This document shows, piece after piece, positions 8,999-19,316 of a stretch of 64,000 bases of DNA. The DNA comes from Patescibacteria group bacterium. GTDB taxonomy: Bacteria; Patescibacteriota; UBA1384; XYA2-FULL-43-10; 1-14-0-10-43-13. The stretch is taken from contig JBAYVE010000002.1 in assembly GCA_041674765.1 (NCBI GenBank), forward strand, positions 113,467 to 177,466, given 5' to 3'. The notes under the pieces were generated by a model. The model searched no databases. It saw only the letters and a program-made list of their open reading frames with translations, and was not told the DNA's origin. Every line of letters starts with the position of its first letter. Within the stretch, counting starts at the first letter, position 1. The position numbers and the translations under genes were made by a program.

Positions 8999-11389
8999 AT
9001 GGATACCCAGGCGGAAAACTATTATAATTTTAGTAATAATCTTTTAGCTGACCAGTCGATTCTGGATGTTTTTGTTTTGCAAAACTTAATTGACCAGGAT
9101 GACGCAGGTAGAATCAAGAAACGGTATAAAACCAACAGAGAAATCGAGGATTTTCTTATAAAAAATAATATTGTTACTGCAGATACGATCAACAAGGCTT
9201 ATAGTATTATTTTGAAACTTCCGTTCATTGAAATCAAAAATGTGGAAATACCCGATAGTTTAAAAAGTGTAATTCCATTTAAGATTGCCAGAAAATTTGG
9301 GATCATCCCTTTTTCAATAGAGGATGGAATTATCAGACTCGCAGTATCGAGACCTTCGGACTTGCTGGTCGGATACCAATCAAGTATTGCCAAAATCATC
9401 AATCAAAAGAAACTGGAAGTTGAAATTTTCATCACGGGTGAGAGCGATTTTCGTGAGGCCTTAAGTCAATACAATCTGAAGGCCGATAAGCTATTGATGA
9501 AAAAAGGAAGTTTGCCGGTGGTTTATCTCCGCAATCAGCTGATACCCGATTCTTTTTTGAACAAGATTCCAGTCGAATTTATCTCAAAATATAGGATGGT
9601 AGTCTTCGGTCAGAATCATAAAGGAACCTATTTTCTCGCTTCTGCGCAACCAGACTCTCCGATTACTTTAAAAATTGTTGACTTTATAAAAAGGGAAAAC
9701 AATATAGATATCGAAGTGTTTGCGACTTCCAAGGAGGATATCGATTATGTTTTAGAGCAGATTGGAAAAGAAAAATCCTCTAAAATAGTGCCCGAAAAGA
9801 AACCTCTCAGCCGGCCGACTACTGTAATCAATGTAGAGCCTCAACCGGAGGAGCCGGTTGAAGACAAGGGCTCGATAAGGGATATCTTAGATTCTATTTT
9901 TAGTCCTGAACCTCAAGTTACTATCGATTCAGTTATCTCGAATGATCCGAATAACAAAAGTGACGAAGCTAGTGTACCGGAGAAAAATCTTATACAGGAG
10001 CCTGTGAAACAAGAACCAAAACATACCGATTATCAGGCAGACCAGATAAGCATAAATCAAAGTGAATCCAAGACAGAGCTCAAAAAGACCGATGAGAATG
10101 TAAACAACGACAACGATACCAAAGAAGCCAATATCGGTTCGCTTATTGAAACAGAGATCACCACTTTGGAGATGCTCAATAAGTCTGTAGCTAGCTCTTC
10201 TGTTCCAAAAGTTGTGGCAGCAATTATCAATTTTGCGTTGAATAGCAGAGCATCAGATATACATATTGAGCCTGAAAGCAAGATATTGCGTGTAAGATGC
10301 CGGATCGATGGGGTTTTGCGTGACATTGTTAAGTTGCCGCTCGCAATACACCCGCCGATGATCAGCAGAGTAAAGATTATGGCTAAATTAAAAATCGATG
10401 AGGCGAGAGTGCCTCAAGACGGCCGTTTTGATATTATTTTCAAGAGCAAGGAAGTTGATGTCCGAGTTTCGACTCTTCCGACTGTAAACGGAGAGAAAAT
10501 CGTGATGAGACTTTTAGACAAGAGTCAGGGTATCCTGTCGCTGGAAGATCTCGGAATGCAGGGTAGCGCTTTTCTGGCAACAAATGAGGCAATCAAAAAG
10601 CCGTATGGTATTGTCCTTTCTACCGGCCCGACAGGCTCAGGCAAATCAACCACACTTTATGCGATTTTAAACAGGATAAGCATTCCGGGTGTCAATATTG
10701 TTACACTAGAGGACCCTGTCGAATATGAAATTAAAGGTGTCAATCAGTGCCAAATCAAGCCTGAAATAGGTTTCACCTTCGCAACGGGGCTTCGTAGCAT
10801 CTTGCGTCAGGACCCCAATATTATTATGGTAGGTGAAATACGTGATGCTGAAACTGCTGGGATGGCTACTCATGCGGCGCTGACAGGGCACCTAGTTCTT
10901 TCGACGCTTCATACAAACGATACGGCAGGAGCATTGCCGAGAATGATAAACATGGGAGTAGAACCTTTTCTCATCACTTCTTCAATAAATCTAGTGATTG
11001 CTCAGCGTCTTGTCAGACGGATCTGTCCCAAATGTCGTGAAGAAATGAAGGTTCCACAGAAATTGATGGATGAGATTAAAACAGAAATGGCTAAAATCTC
11101 ACCCAAAAATATTGAGGATAGAAAGCGAATTCCTGCCGATTTCAAGCTTTATTATGGTAAAGGATGTTCGGAATGTGATCATGGCTATAAAGGCAGAATA
11201 GGTATCTTCGAAGTGATGCAGATTACACCGGAAATAGAGGAACTGGCAATCGCCAAAAAACCTGCAAGCGAGATCAAAGAAGCAGCAATACGGGACGGGA
11301 TGATAACAATGAAGCAGGATGGTATCATAAAAGCTTTCTTGGGTCAGACTAGTATCGATGAAGTTTTTCAGGCGGTTATCAATAACTAG
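8999..11389 (+). CDS. pilB: type IV pilus assembly ATPase PilB (GspE family) with a long low-complexity insertion
   Basis: An N-terminal GspE-N domain is present. The Walker A motif is GPTGSGKSTT. It also has the GEIRD…TGHLVLSTLHTN motif and a tetracysteine cluster (CPKC…CSECD). At 796 aa it is about 200 aa longer than typical PilB. Confidence 0.9.
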   Translation: MDTQAENYYNFSNNLLADQSILDVFVLQNLIDQDDAGRIKKRYKTNREIEDFLIKNNIVTADTINKAYSIILKLPFIEIKNVEIPDSLKSVIPFKIARKFGIIPFSIEDGIIRLAVSRPSDLLVGYQSSIAKIINQKKLEVEIFITGESDFREALSQYNLKADKLLMKKGSLPVVYLRNQLIPDSFLNKIPVEFISKYRMVVFGQNHKGTYFLASAQPDSPITLKIVDFIKRENNIDIEVFATSKEDIDYVLEQIGKEKSSKIVPEKKPLSRPTTVINVEPQPEEPVEDKGSIRDILDSIFSPEPQVTIDSVISNDPNNKSDEASVPEKNLIQEPVKQEPKHTDYQADQISINQSESKTELKKTDENVNNDNDTKEANIGSLIETEITTLEMLNKSVASSSVPKVVAAIINFALNSRASDIHIEPESKILRVRCRIDGVLRDIVKLPLAIHPPMISRVKIMAKLKIDEARVPQDGRFDIIFKSKEVDVRVSTLPTVNGEKIVMRLLDKSQGILSLEDLGMQGSAFLATNEAIKKPYGIVLSTGPTGSGKSTTLYAILNRISIPGVNIVTLEDPVEYEIKGVNQCQIKPEIGFTFATGLRSILRQDPNIIMVGEIRDAETAGMATHAALTGHLVLSTLHTNDTAGALPRMINMGVEPFLITSSINLVIAQRLVRRICPKCREEMKVPQKLMDEIKTEMAKISPKNIEDRKRIPADFKLYYGKGCSECDHGYKGRIGIFEVMQITPEIEELAIAKKPASEIKEAAIRDGMITMKQDGIIKAFLGQTSIDEVFQAVINN

Positions 11390-11453
11390 CCTATTTGCAA
11401 GTTTGTGACTTTGCAATAAAATAAAAGAGATATAATCAAGAAATTGGAGGGAA

Positions 11454-12521
11454 ATGGTTGATACAAATAAAACAGAGATTGCTAAATATCTGGATTACGC
11501 AATTGCGAAAAACGCGTCAGACGTACATATCACTGTCGGTGTCCCCGGGACTGTCCGCATCGATGGAAAGTTGGCGCCTATCCCCGATGCACAAATAATT
11601 ACTGATGAGAAAGCCGTTGAATTAATTAAAACATTTACCCCACCGGAGCTGCTTCTAGCTCTGAAGCAAAAAAGAGAGATTGATTTTTCTTTTGGTTATC
11701 AGAGTATGCGCTTTCGGGCCAACGCTTATTATCAGAAGGGTTCTTTATCTGCCTCCCTCAGGTTGATCCCCAAAGATCTGCGTAGTTTTACCGATTTGGG
11801 GCTTCCACCGATTCTAGAAAAATTCACAGAACCAAATCAGGGTTTTGTTATTATCACCGGCCCCACCGGCTCGGGGAAGTCGACCACTCTAGCGGCTCTG
11901 ATAAATAAAATAAACACCGAAAAGAAAAAGCATATTGTGACCATTGAAGATCCGATCGAATATGTTTTCGAGCATCGCGAGAGTCTAGTCTCTCAGCGAG
12001 AAGTCGGATCTGACACAAATTCTTTTGCCAGAGCTTTGAGATCTGCCCTGAGAGAAGATCCAGATGTTGTTCTGGTAGGGGAGATGCGTGATCTGGAGAC
12101 AATCGAGGCTGCCTTGACATTGGCCGAGACGGGACATTTGGTTTTCACTACTCTCCATACCAATTCGGCGGCTCAAACTGCAGACCGTATTATCTCTGTC
12201 TTTCCACCACATTTACAACAGCAAATATCAAGTCAGCTCGCCTCAGTTTTGTTAGGTGTTGTTTCACAGAGACTTGTGCCAAAAATTGGCGGGGGACGGG
12301 TGCTTGCATGTGAAATAATGATCGCAAACCCAGCGATCAAAAGTTTGATCCGTGACGGTAAGACATATCAAATTCCAAATGTTATTCAAACCTCCGCTTC
12401 TGAGGGTATGATCAGTCTGGATAAGGTCCTGGCCGAATACGTATCACGTGGTGATGTTCAGCTCGAGGAAGCCTTGAATTACTCTGTCGATCCTAAGAGC
12501 TTCAAAATGATGGTATACTAA
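11454..12521 (+). CDS. pilT: twitching-motility retraction ATPase PilT
   Basis: Carries the GPTGSGKSTT Walker A, EDPIEYVF and GEMRDLETI…TGHLVFTTLHTN motifs. Length is 355 aa. Confidence 0.9.
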   Translation: MVDTNKTEIAKYLDYAIAKNASDVHITVGVPGTVRIDGKLAPIPDAQIITDEKAVELIKTFTPPELLLALKQKREIDFSFGYQSMRFRANAYYQKGSLSASLRLIPKDLRSFTDLGLPPILEKFTEPNQGFVIITGPTGSGKSTTLAALINKINTEKKKHIVTIEDPIEYVFEHRESLVSQREVGSDTNSFARALRSALREDPDVVLVGEMRDLETIEAALTLAETGHLVFTTLHTNSAAQTADRIISVFPPHLQQQISSQLASVLLGVVSQRLVPKIGGGRVLACEIMIANPAIKSLIRDGKTYQIPNVIQTSASEGMISLDKVLAEYVSRGDVQLEEALNYSVDPKSFKMMVY

Positions 12522-12582
12522 ATAAGAATTACAGTTTCAATTTCTGGTTCAGTTTCATGTTATAAATTATAAGGTTAATCAG

Positions 12583-13785
12583 ATGCCAAAATTCCTCTAT
12601 AAGGCAAAGAACAGTAAAGGTGAGATAGTCACCGGAACTGTCAAGGCCTCTACTTCTCAGGAAGCAGAGAATATTTTAGTTAAGCACAATCTTGTTGCAA
12701 CTGAGCTTATCATAGAAAAGAGAACGTCTTGGGAAAAGTTTTCAATCAGGAAAGTATCTGCCAGGGATAAAGCAGTTTTTTCCCGACAAATGGCTACGAT
12801 GCTGAATGCGGGACTTTCACTTACCAAGACAGTCAGCGTGATTGCGAAACAGACTCAGAGCGATAAGATAAGACAAATATTTTTAGATGTTTATAATGAT
12901 CTGGAGGAAGGCTATAGTTTATCTTCTGCGATGTCTCGCCACCCAGAGGCCTTCGATCGTGTGTATGTTAGTGTTGTTAATTCCGGTGAAGCGACAGGCA
13001 AACTGGATTTAGTTTTGAATGAGATGGCCAATGAACTGGAAAATGATAGCCAATTCATGTCAAAAGTCAAATCCTCCCTTTATTATCCGGCATTTATTCT
13101 AATATGTTTAATTGCCGCCGGTATTTTCATGCTGACGTTTGTAATTCCTAAACTGAAATCGATGTTTGAGAGCGCGCAGCAACAGTTACCAATTTTGACA
13201 AGAATTTTGATTTTTGTCTCAAACGCTTTGGTAAATTGGTGGTGGCTGATTATCATACTTTTTATCGGGATTGTAATCGCTGTTAGATTTTGGTCCACTA
13301 CAGAAGCAGGCGCGCGTTTCATGCATAATATGCAACTTACATTGCCGGGGATATCTACAATTTTTACAGGTATGTACATGTATAGATTCAATCGAATACT
13401 TTCGATGTTAATCGGTGCCGGTGTACCTTTGCTTGATGCCTTAAGGATTGCCGGCTCAGTAATTAATAACGTTGTTTATGAAGAAAGTATTATGAATGTG
13501 GCGGCGCAAGTGGAAAAGGGTGTCGCTTTATCAAATCAACTTGAGAAAGAGGCCTTTTTCCCTCCTCTTGTTAGCCAAATGGTTGCAGTTGGGGAGGAAA
13601 CCGGTGAGCTAGACAAAATTCTATCCAAGCTGGCAGATTATTATGAACAGAGTACAAATGATGTCACAAAAGCAATAAGTTCCGTAATAGAACCAGCCGT
13701 CTTGGTCTTGGTCGGTATTGGAGTTGCTTTTATGGTGTTTGCAATTTATCTGCCAATCTATCAATTAAATCAAGTCATAAGCTAG
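12583..13785 (+). CDS. pilC: type IV pilus inner-membrane platform protein PilC (GspF family)
   Basis: 400 aa with two GspF repeats and three TM blocks. Confidence 0.9.
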   Translation: MPKFLYKAKNSKGEIVTGTVKASTSQEAENILVKHNLVATELIIEKRTSWEKFSIRKVSARDKAVFSRQMATMLNAGLSLTKTVSVIAKQTQSDKIRQIFLDVYNDLEEGYSLSSAMSRHPEAFDRVYVSVVNSGEATGKLDLVLNEMANELENDSQFMSKVKSSLYYPAFILICLIAAGIFMLTFVIPKLKSMFESAQQQLPILTRILIFVSNALVNWWWLIIILFIGIVIAVRFWSTTEAGARFMHNMQLTLPGISTIFTGMYMYRFNRILSMLIGAGVPLLDALRIAGSVINNVVYEESIMNVAAQVEKGVALSNQLEKEAFFPPLVSQMVAVGEETGELDKILSKLADYYEQSTNDVTKAISSVIEPAVLVLVGIGVAFMVFAIYLPIYQLNQVIS

Positions 13786-13847
13786 CTAAAAAGGACAGGT
13801 CGATCAGCTACAGAAATAATTATCAAATATTTAATATTGGAGGAAGA

Positions 13848-14258
13848 ATGCAGAAGAAATTTAATGGCTTTACTTTAATCGAACTTCTAGTTGTCATTGC
13901 AATTATCGGAATATTAGCCACAATTATCATTTTTAATTTTGGGAATGCAACTCAAAAGGCCAAGCGTGCAGCAGCGATAGAGAATTTAAACAATTCAATT
14001 AAAACCGCTCGAGCCTGTTTGGTTGGTGACGATTATTTGATACCCAAGGGTAATGTCGCAAAACCTGGGGACAAGATTTGCAATAGTGGCTCTGATGCCA
14101 CATGGCCGGTATTGAAGGGATATTATTATAAAGTCCTAATCAATGCAGACGGTGATGATTTTGGAAGTGCTAACCCATTTACTATTTATCAGGGCGAGTC
14201 TCCAACTGGCACCACCATTTCGACTGATTTTACCTGTACCAGTTATGGGTGTAAGTAG
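13848..14258 (+). CDS. pilA: type IV (major) pilin, prepilin-type N-terminus
   Basis: GGAGGAAG RBS. The GFTLIELLVVIAIIGILA class-III signal has Glu at +5. Confidence 0.8.
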   Translation: MQKKFNGFTLIELLVVIAIIGILATIIIFNFGNATQKAKRAAAIENLNNSIKTARACLVGDDYLIPKGNVAKPGDKICNSGSDATWPVLKGYYYKVLINADGDDFGSANPFTIYQGESPTGTTISTDFTCTSYGCK

Positions 14259-14703
14259 ATATCTTAAGGGATTTCTGGCATTGGAGTTTTTGTTATCGGC
14301 AGCAATCATTTGTGTATTGTTGGGCATAACATTTATCGGGGTGGATAATTCGCTCCGGTCCAGGAGGGATACTATCCGCAGAGACAATCTTCATGCGTTG
14401 AAAATTGCGATAGATATAAGCTTTGGAGTTGATATCGACGGGGTTAAAAAAGCCGGTTCTTACTATGCTGCTGAGACTCCAGTAGAAGTTTCATCGCTGA
14501 CATGGTTAGCTCCGGCCTACATCCCAACTATACCTCCAGACCCAAAAAAGAATGGTTATCTTTATCAAACAGATAGCGAAGGTAAAGTCTTCGCTGTTTA
14601 CGCAAAACTCGAAGACAATTCCAATACCGATCTTAAAAGTTCAGGCCCTTTTCCGGAATGGAAATTACCAGACGGTTTCAACTATTGGCTAAAAAATAAT
14701 TAA
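14245..14703 (+). CDS. minor pilin-like protein
   Basis: The in-frame ATG at 14245 overlaps the pilA 3' end. KGFLALEFLLSAAIICVLL has G-F-x-x-x-E spacing. The track ORF starts at 14143, inside pilA. Confidence 0.5.
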   Translation: MGVSRYLKGFLALEFLLSAAIICVLLGITFIGVDNSLRSRRDTIRRDNLHALKIAIDISFGVDIDGVKKAGSYYAAETPVEVSSLTWLAPAYIPTIPPDPKKNGYLYQTDSEGKVFAVYAKLEDNSNTDLKSSGPFPEWKLPDGFNYWLKNN

Positions 14704-14714
14704 ACAAGAGGCTT

Positions 14715-15482
14715 ATGGCTCTTACTTACAATATAATTCTATTTATACTGGGATTGACGGTCGGGTCATTTTTGAATGTGGTTATCTCGCGTATGGACGA
14801 ATTAAAAACAATTCTGACCGGGCGTTCTCATTGTCCGATATGCAAAGAAATGCTTTCATGGTATGAAATGATACCTTTATTATCCTTCTTGCTTCTTCGA
14901 GGAAAATGTAGGCATTGTGGAGTTAAAATATCTCTGCAATATCCAATTGTAGAGATAGTAACCGGTATTTTGTTTTTGATACTTTTTCAGTTCTTCGGAC
15001 TAAGCTTCGCTCTTCTTTTCTATCTGATACTTTTCTCAGTATTGATTGTGATTTTTGTCTATGATTTGCAAACTAACCAGACGCCTGAATATTTTGCTTG
15101 GTTTGCGCTGTTATTTGCTTTGATTTTCGGCTGGTACTTTACTGGATTGTCTTTTAGTCAGACGCTTTTTGGCGGACTGATATCCGGCGGGGTCCTGGCG
15201 TTTTTGGTGTACGGATCAGGTGAGAGGTGGATGGGCAAGGGGGATATCAAGATTGGAGCAATAATTGGTTTGTTGGCAGGGCCGAAGGGTGCGGTGTTAG
15301 GTTTGTTTATGGCCTTTGTGCTGGGTGCAATCATCAGCGTATTATTTTTATCGCTGAAAAAGAAGACCATGAAAGAGAGCCTCCCCTTTACACCTTTTTT
15401 GATTATATCAGCGCTGATTACTCTTCTTTATGGAAATTATATCATCAGCTGGTATACAGGTAACTTTTTCAGTTTTTATTAG
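14715..15482 (+). CDS. pilD: prepilin peptidase / N-methyltransferase PilD (A24 family)
   Basis: The N-terminus has CPxC…CxxC zinc-binding pairs. There are about eight TM segments and the protein is glycine-rich. Confidence 0.85.
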   Translation: MALTYNIILFILGLTVGSFLNVVISRMDELKTILTGRSHCPICKEMLSWYEMIPLLSFLLLRGKCRHCGVKISLQYPIVEIVTGILFLILFQFFGLSFALLFYLILFSVLIVIFVYDLQTNQTPEYFAWFALLFALIFGWYFTGLSFSQTLFGGLISGGVLAFLVYGSGERWMGKGDIKIGAIIGLLAGPKGAVLGLFMAFVLGAIISVLFLSLKKKTMKESLPFTPFLIISALITLLYGNYIISWYTGNFFSFY

Positions 15483-15492
15483 GAGGTCGATA

Positions 15493-16002
15493 TTGGTTAA
15501 AGCGGAGGCATATACTTTAATAGAACTGTTGATCGTGATAGTCATAATAAGCTTGACTATCGCTTTCGGTATTCCTGCTTTTTCTGAATATGGCAAGAAG
15601 GTGGAATTTAATCAAAAGATTGGTGAGGTCAAAGAGTTAATAAGTCAAGTCCGTCTTCTGGCCAAAAATCCCTCGAAAGATGGTAATTTTTACCAGGTTA
15701 GTCATATCCCTGAATCCGGTTTTGTTTTGGAGAGCTGCCAGGATTTTATTAATAAAGTTTGTACGGATAGAAAAAAGATTAGGGAAGTGAAATTCAACGA
15801 GTTTGAGTCTGTGCCGCCAAACTATGCCACCCTGGCCTATATCTGCCCCGCGAACTTATCTCAAGGCTGTAGTTATTATTACACTGGCAGCGATATTATT
15901 AATGATCCGATCCTGACTTTTCAGAACGCAGAGTTTCAGAAGATAGTTAGATTTCTGCTGAAGAATGACGGTTCGGTAATTGAAGAAATTACAAATCTAT
16001 GA
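15493..16002 (+). CDS. pilin-like protein with non-canonical Ala at the cleavage position (AYTLIELLIV)
   Basis: The TTG at 15493 lies 8 nt after AGGAGG. The prepilin-like hydrophobic helix has Glu at +5. Confidence 0.5.
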   Translation: MVKAEAYTLIELLIVIVIISLTIAFGIPAFSEYGKKVEFNQKIGEVKELISQVRLLAKNPSKDGNFYQVSHIPESGFVLESCQDFINKVCTDRKKIREVKFNEFESVPPNYATLAYICPANLSQGCSYYYTGSDIINDPILTFQNAEFQKIVRFLLKNDGSVIEEITNL

Positions 16003-16673
16003 AGCAAGATATCTCCAAAAAAAATGGTTTTGGCATCATTGAAGTACTAGTAGCCGCAACAATTATAATAGTGATCTTGGCAGCTTTGACTTCCGTCGGA
16101 AAGGCGGCCCTGACAAACAATTCCTCTCTTCAGGAAAGATCAAATGCTATCTATCTGGCTCAGGAGGGTTTAGAGATAGTAAGACAGATCAGAGATTCCA
16201 ATTGGATAGACGATCAGGGTAATAATGCAGTCGGTATCGACGGTCAATCCAGAAATTCTGAGTGGCATGATCTTACTTTTGATGAGAACAGAAAAATGCT
16301 CAGGGAGGTGACTATTTCAAATACGGGGGTTGTTAACCCCAATTTAAGCCATTGTTATGCTATAGGTTTTATCAATGATGGTTTAGCTACAAATCGTTTT
16401 GCTTTGATCAACGAAGGTTTATGCGAATTGTATGACAAAAAAGAGATTGTTGATTTGAATATAATCGGCCAGCAATCAAAAAAGATTTCATTCAATCGTC
16501 ATATAAGAATCGAGGCAACGGGAGGTTTAATTCCGTCATTACCCAATGGCACAAACCAGCTTTTCGATGTTCATACTGAGCAAAATGCCCTGAAAATAAC
16601 TTCGATCGTTGAATGGAAAAATAGGAAGGTCGAGACTAGCGAGATTCTGACAAACTGGCGTCCGAATTATTAA
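15999..16673 (+). CDS. minor pilin-like protein (PilV/PilW-like)
   Basis: Start overlaps the upstream stop (ATGA). The motif is NGFGIIEVLVAATIII. Confidence 0.6.
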   Translation: MKQDISKKNGFGIIEVLVAATIIIVILAALTSVGKAALTNNSSLQERSNAIYLAQEGLEIVRQIRDSNWIDDQGNNAVGIDGQSRNSEWHDLTFDENRKMLREVTISNTGVVNPNLSHCYAIGFINDGLATNRFALINEGLCELYDKKEIVDLNIIGQQSKKISFNRHIRIEATGGLIPSLPNGTNQLFDVHTEQNALKITSIVEWKNRKVETSEILTNWRPNY

Positions 16674-16702
16674 CAGCTGTCCAGAGCAGGAGAAAACGTT
16701 CA

Positions 16703-17515
16703 ATGAAAAAAAATCAAAATATGAAAGCTTTTACCTTACTTGAGGTCTTAATAGCAACCGCAATTTTTGCCTCAGTTATGGTGATTGTAAGTATAGTTGT
16801 GATGCAAAGCTCCAATATCAGCATGAAGCTAAAGGCTGAGAGGGATGTCAACGAAGAGAGCAGCCGCATTGGCGATATCTTAAGCAGAGATATCAAGTCT
16901 GCAAGAAATGCTGTGAATATTACAATTGATAATATTTGCGATATCACAACGGGAGTTTGCGACGCAAGTCCCAAGACGTTTGAATACAAATCTGGACTAG
17001 CGCTTTTTTCGATGACCGCCGATGAGAAGATATACAAAAGTTACAGCAGTGCCCCCGAAAGTTATGACCATTTTATTGCCCCAACCAATTTTTCTGCCTT
17101 TGAAAAAAGTCTTTTAGTCATCTCCGGCAATCAGCTTCAGGGAGAAACGCTCAATTCAATCTTTATCGTCTATCTGGCGAAGAAAGATATTATGGATGTT
17201 TCCGGACAAACAGAGTATTCAAATGGAAAGTTATATAGAACTGTGATACCTGCTGATTCTTCATATAGTATAAACATAAGTCAATTTTCTAATTTTGAAA
17301 AGGACGAAAACCTTGTGTCAGGAAACGATGAATCATCAATAATCTCCTTTTATGGCTATGCTCCGGGTGAGGGCAGTTGTCTGGAGCAAAGCTGGTGCAA
17401 ACAGCAACCGTATATAGGCTTTTTGCTGCAGATTGATACAATCGAGCAAAGCCAATATAGGAAGGCGACAGCCATACTTCGTTCTCTCATAACCGTTAGA
17501 AACTATAATATATAA
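16703..17515 (+). CDS. minor pilin-like protein
   Basis: AGGAGA RBS. The motif is KAFTLLEVLIATAIF. Confidence 0.6.
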   Translation: MKKNQNMKAFTLLEVLIATAIFASVMVIVSIVVMQSSNISMKLKAERDVNEESSRIGDILSRDIKSARNAVNITIDNICDITTGVCDASPKTFEYKSGLALFSMTADEKIYKSYSSAPESYDHFIAPTNFSAFEKSLLVISGNQLQGETLNSIFIVYLAKKDIMDVSGQTEYSNGKLYRTVIPADSSYSINISQFSNFEKDENLVSGNDESSIISFYGYAPGEGSCLEQSWCKQQPYIGFLLQIDTIEQSQYRKATAILRSLITVRNYNI

Positions 17516-17581
17516 CTTGTTTTAATATCTTGCTTTGGATATTATTAGACCAGTGTTTACAAAATAGCGAAAGGGCAAATA

Positions 17582-18571
17582 GTGAATCGAATATTCTCGG
17601 GCATTAAACCAACTGGACTCTTGCATATTGGTAATTATTTTGGTGCTATCAAGCAATGGGTTGATCTTGCAAAGGAGTCTAGCCAATCGGTTTTTTGTAT
17701 TGTTGATCTACACGCTATTACAGTTCCGGAAGAGCCGAGTGAATTAGCCCACAATACTCTATCAATCGCTGCCTGGTATCTAGCCGCTGGTATTGATCCA
17801 GATAAATCTATTGTTTTTGTCCAATCAACAAGACCTGAGCATTCTGAATTAGCTTGGATTTTGAACTGTCAGACCAAGATGGGGGAACTTTCTCGGATGA
17901 CTCAATTCAAAGATAAAATGTCAGGAGGATCAGCAGAAGCAGCAGGCGTAGGCCTATTTGATTATCCTGTGTTAATGGCGGCGGATATTTTGTTATACAA
18001 TACGGATAAGGTACCGGTAGGACAGGATCAAAAGCAACACGTGGAATTGACTAGAGACTTGGCGATTAGATTTAATAATAAATTTGGTGAGACATTTGTT
18101 ATCCCAGAACCGGTTATCACCAAGACCGGAGCCAGGATTATGGGGCTGGATAATCCATTGAAGAAAATGAGCAAAACGGCTGTTACTCCTTTGAATTACA
18201 TCGCTTTGACCGATGATGAAGACAGTATTCGGGAAAAGTTGAAAAAAGCAGTGACAGATTCTGGCGCTGAAATCAAAGCCGTTCCAGGAAAGCCCGCACT
18301 TACAAATTTACTAAATATATTTAGTGAAGTTTCGGGTAAAACTGTCGTCGAAATTGAAGAACAATTCGAACACTCTGGTTATGGAGAATTCAAAAGTTCC
18401 CTCGCCGAGGCGATTATCGAATATTTAAAGCCGGTCAGAAAAAGGTATGATGATTTAATCAGCGATCACGAGGAGTTAAAAAAGATTTTGAAAAGAGGTA
18501 GTGACAAAGCCGCACCTATAGCCGAGAAAACCCTTAAGCAAGTTAAAGAAAAGATAGGATTGGGAATATAA
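17582..18571 (+). CDS. trpS: tryptophanyl-tRNA synthetase
   Basis: GTG start. Carries the HIGN (HIGH) and KMSKT motifs. Length is 329 aa. Confidence 0.9.
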   Translation: MNRIFSGIKPTGLLHIGNYFGAIKQWVDLAKESSQSVFCIVDLHAITVPEEPSELAHNTLSIAAWYLAAGIDPDKSIVFVQSTRPEHSELAWILNCQTKMGELSRMTQFKDKMSGGSAEAAGVGLFDYPVLMAADILLYNTDKVPVGQDQKQHVELTRDLAIRFNNKFGETFVIPEPVITKTGARIMGLDNPLKKMSKTAVTPLNYIALTDDEDSIREKLKKAVTDSGAEIKAVPGKPALTNLLNIFSEVSGKTVVEIEEQFEHSGYGEFKSSLAEAIIEYLKPVRKRYDDLISDHEELKKILKRGSDKAAPIAEKTLKQVKEKIGLGI

Positions 18572-18617
18572 AGAATAGTTTATAAAGTCAAAAGTTTATC
18601 AAGTTTATAAGGTAGGG

Positions 18618-19082
18618 ATGAAGCAAAATAATAACTCAACAATCTATATTAATACCGATGGCGGATCCAGGGGCAATCCAGGCCCAGCGGCGATAGGTGT
18701 TGTTTTCACCGATGATGATGGAGAAGAAATTTACTGCTGCCAGAAGTTTATCGGCAGGGGTACTAATAATGAGGCGGAATATCAGGCCATAATTACTGCG
18801 CTCGAGGTTCTTCTAAAAAGCAAATGGTTTGTTGAAAATAATTCTGACTCACACAATGTCATATGCCGCTTGGACAGCAAATTGGTTGTTGAACAGATAA
18901 ATGGAAATTGGAAAATAAAGCAGGATCATATCGCCGTATTTATCAAAACAATCAGGGAATTGATCGCCCGGATGAAGTTGAGGATTTCTTTTATTCATAT
19001 TCCGAGGGAACAGAATAAACGGGCTGATTGTTTGGTAAACCTGGCTCTAGATGAAGAACTAAAATCAAAGACCGTTTCATGA
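18618..19082 (+). CDS. rnhA: ribonuclease HI
   Basis: INTDGGSRGNPGPAAIG…EAEYQAIITALE…NKRADCLVN gives the catalytic DEDD arrangement. Confidence 0.85.
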   Translation: MKQNNNSTIYINTDGGSRGNPGPAAIGVVFTDDDGEEIYCCQKFIGRGTNNEAEYQAIITALEVLLKSKWFVENNSDSHNVICRLDSKLVVEQINGNWKIKQDHIAVFIKTIRELIARMKLRISFIHIPREQNKRADCLVNLALDEELKSKTVS

Positions 19083-19303
19083 TGATAAATGTCAGAGTTA
19101 TCCCGAATAGAGCTCGAGAAGAAATCGAACGGTTGAAGGACGGTTCTTTGAAAGTCTGGATTAAGGCCAAACCAATCGAAGGCGAAGCGAATAAGCGTCT
19201 GACCGAAGTTCTAGCGAAACATTTTAATATCCCCAAAAGTTTTATTGAAATAGTGAAAGGCCAGAAAAGTCGCGATAAGATAGTAGATATTCTAGAAGTT
19301 TAA
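19079..19303 (+). CDS. DUF167 (YggU-like) protein
   Basis: 74 aa. Contains the KAKPIEGEANKRLTEVLAKHFNIPKSFIEIVKGQKSRDK pattern. The ATGA start overlaps the rnhA stop. Confidence 0.7.
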   Translation: MMINVRVIPNRAREEIERLKDGSLKVWIKAKPIEGEANKRLTEVLAKHFNIPKSFIEIVKGQKSRDKIVDILEV

Positions 19304-19316
19304 TTATTAGGATTTA

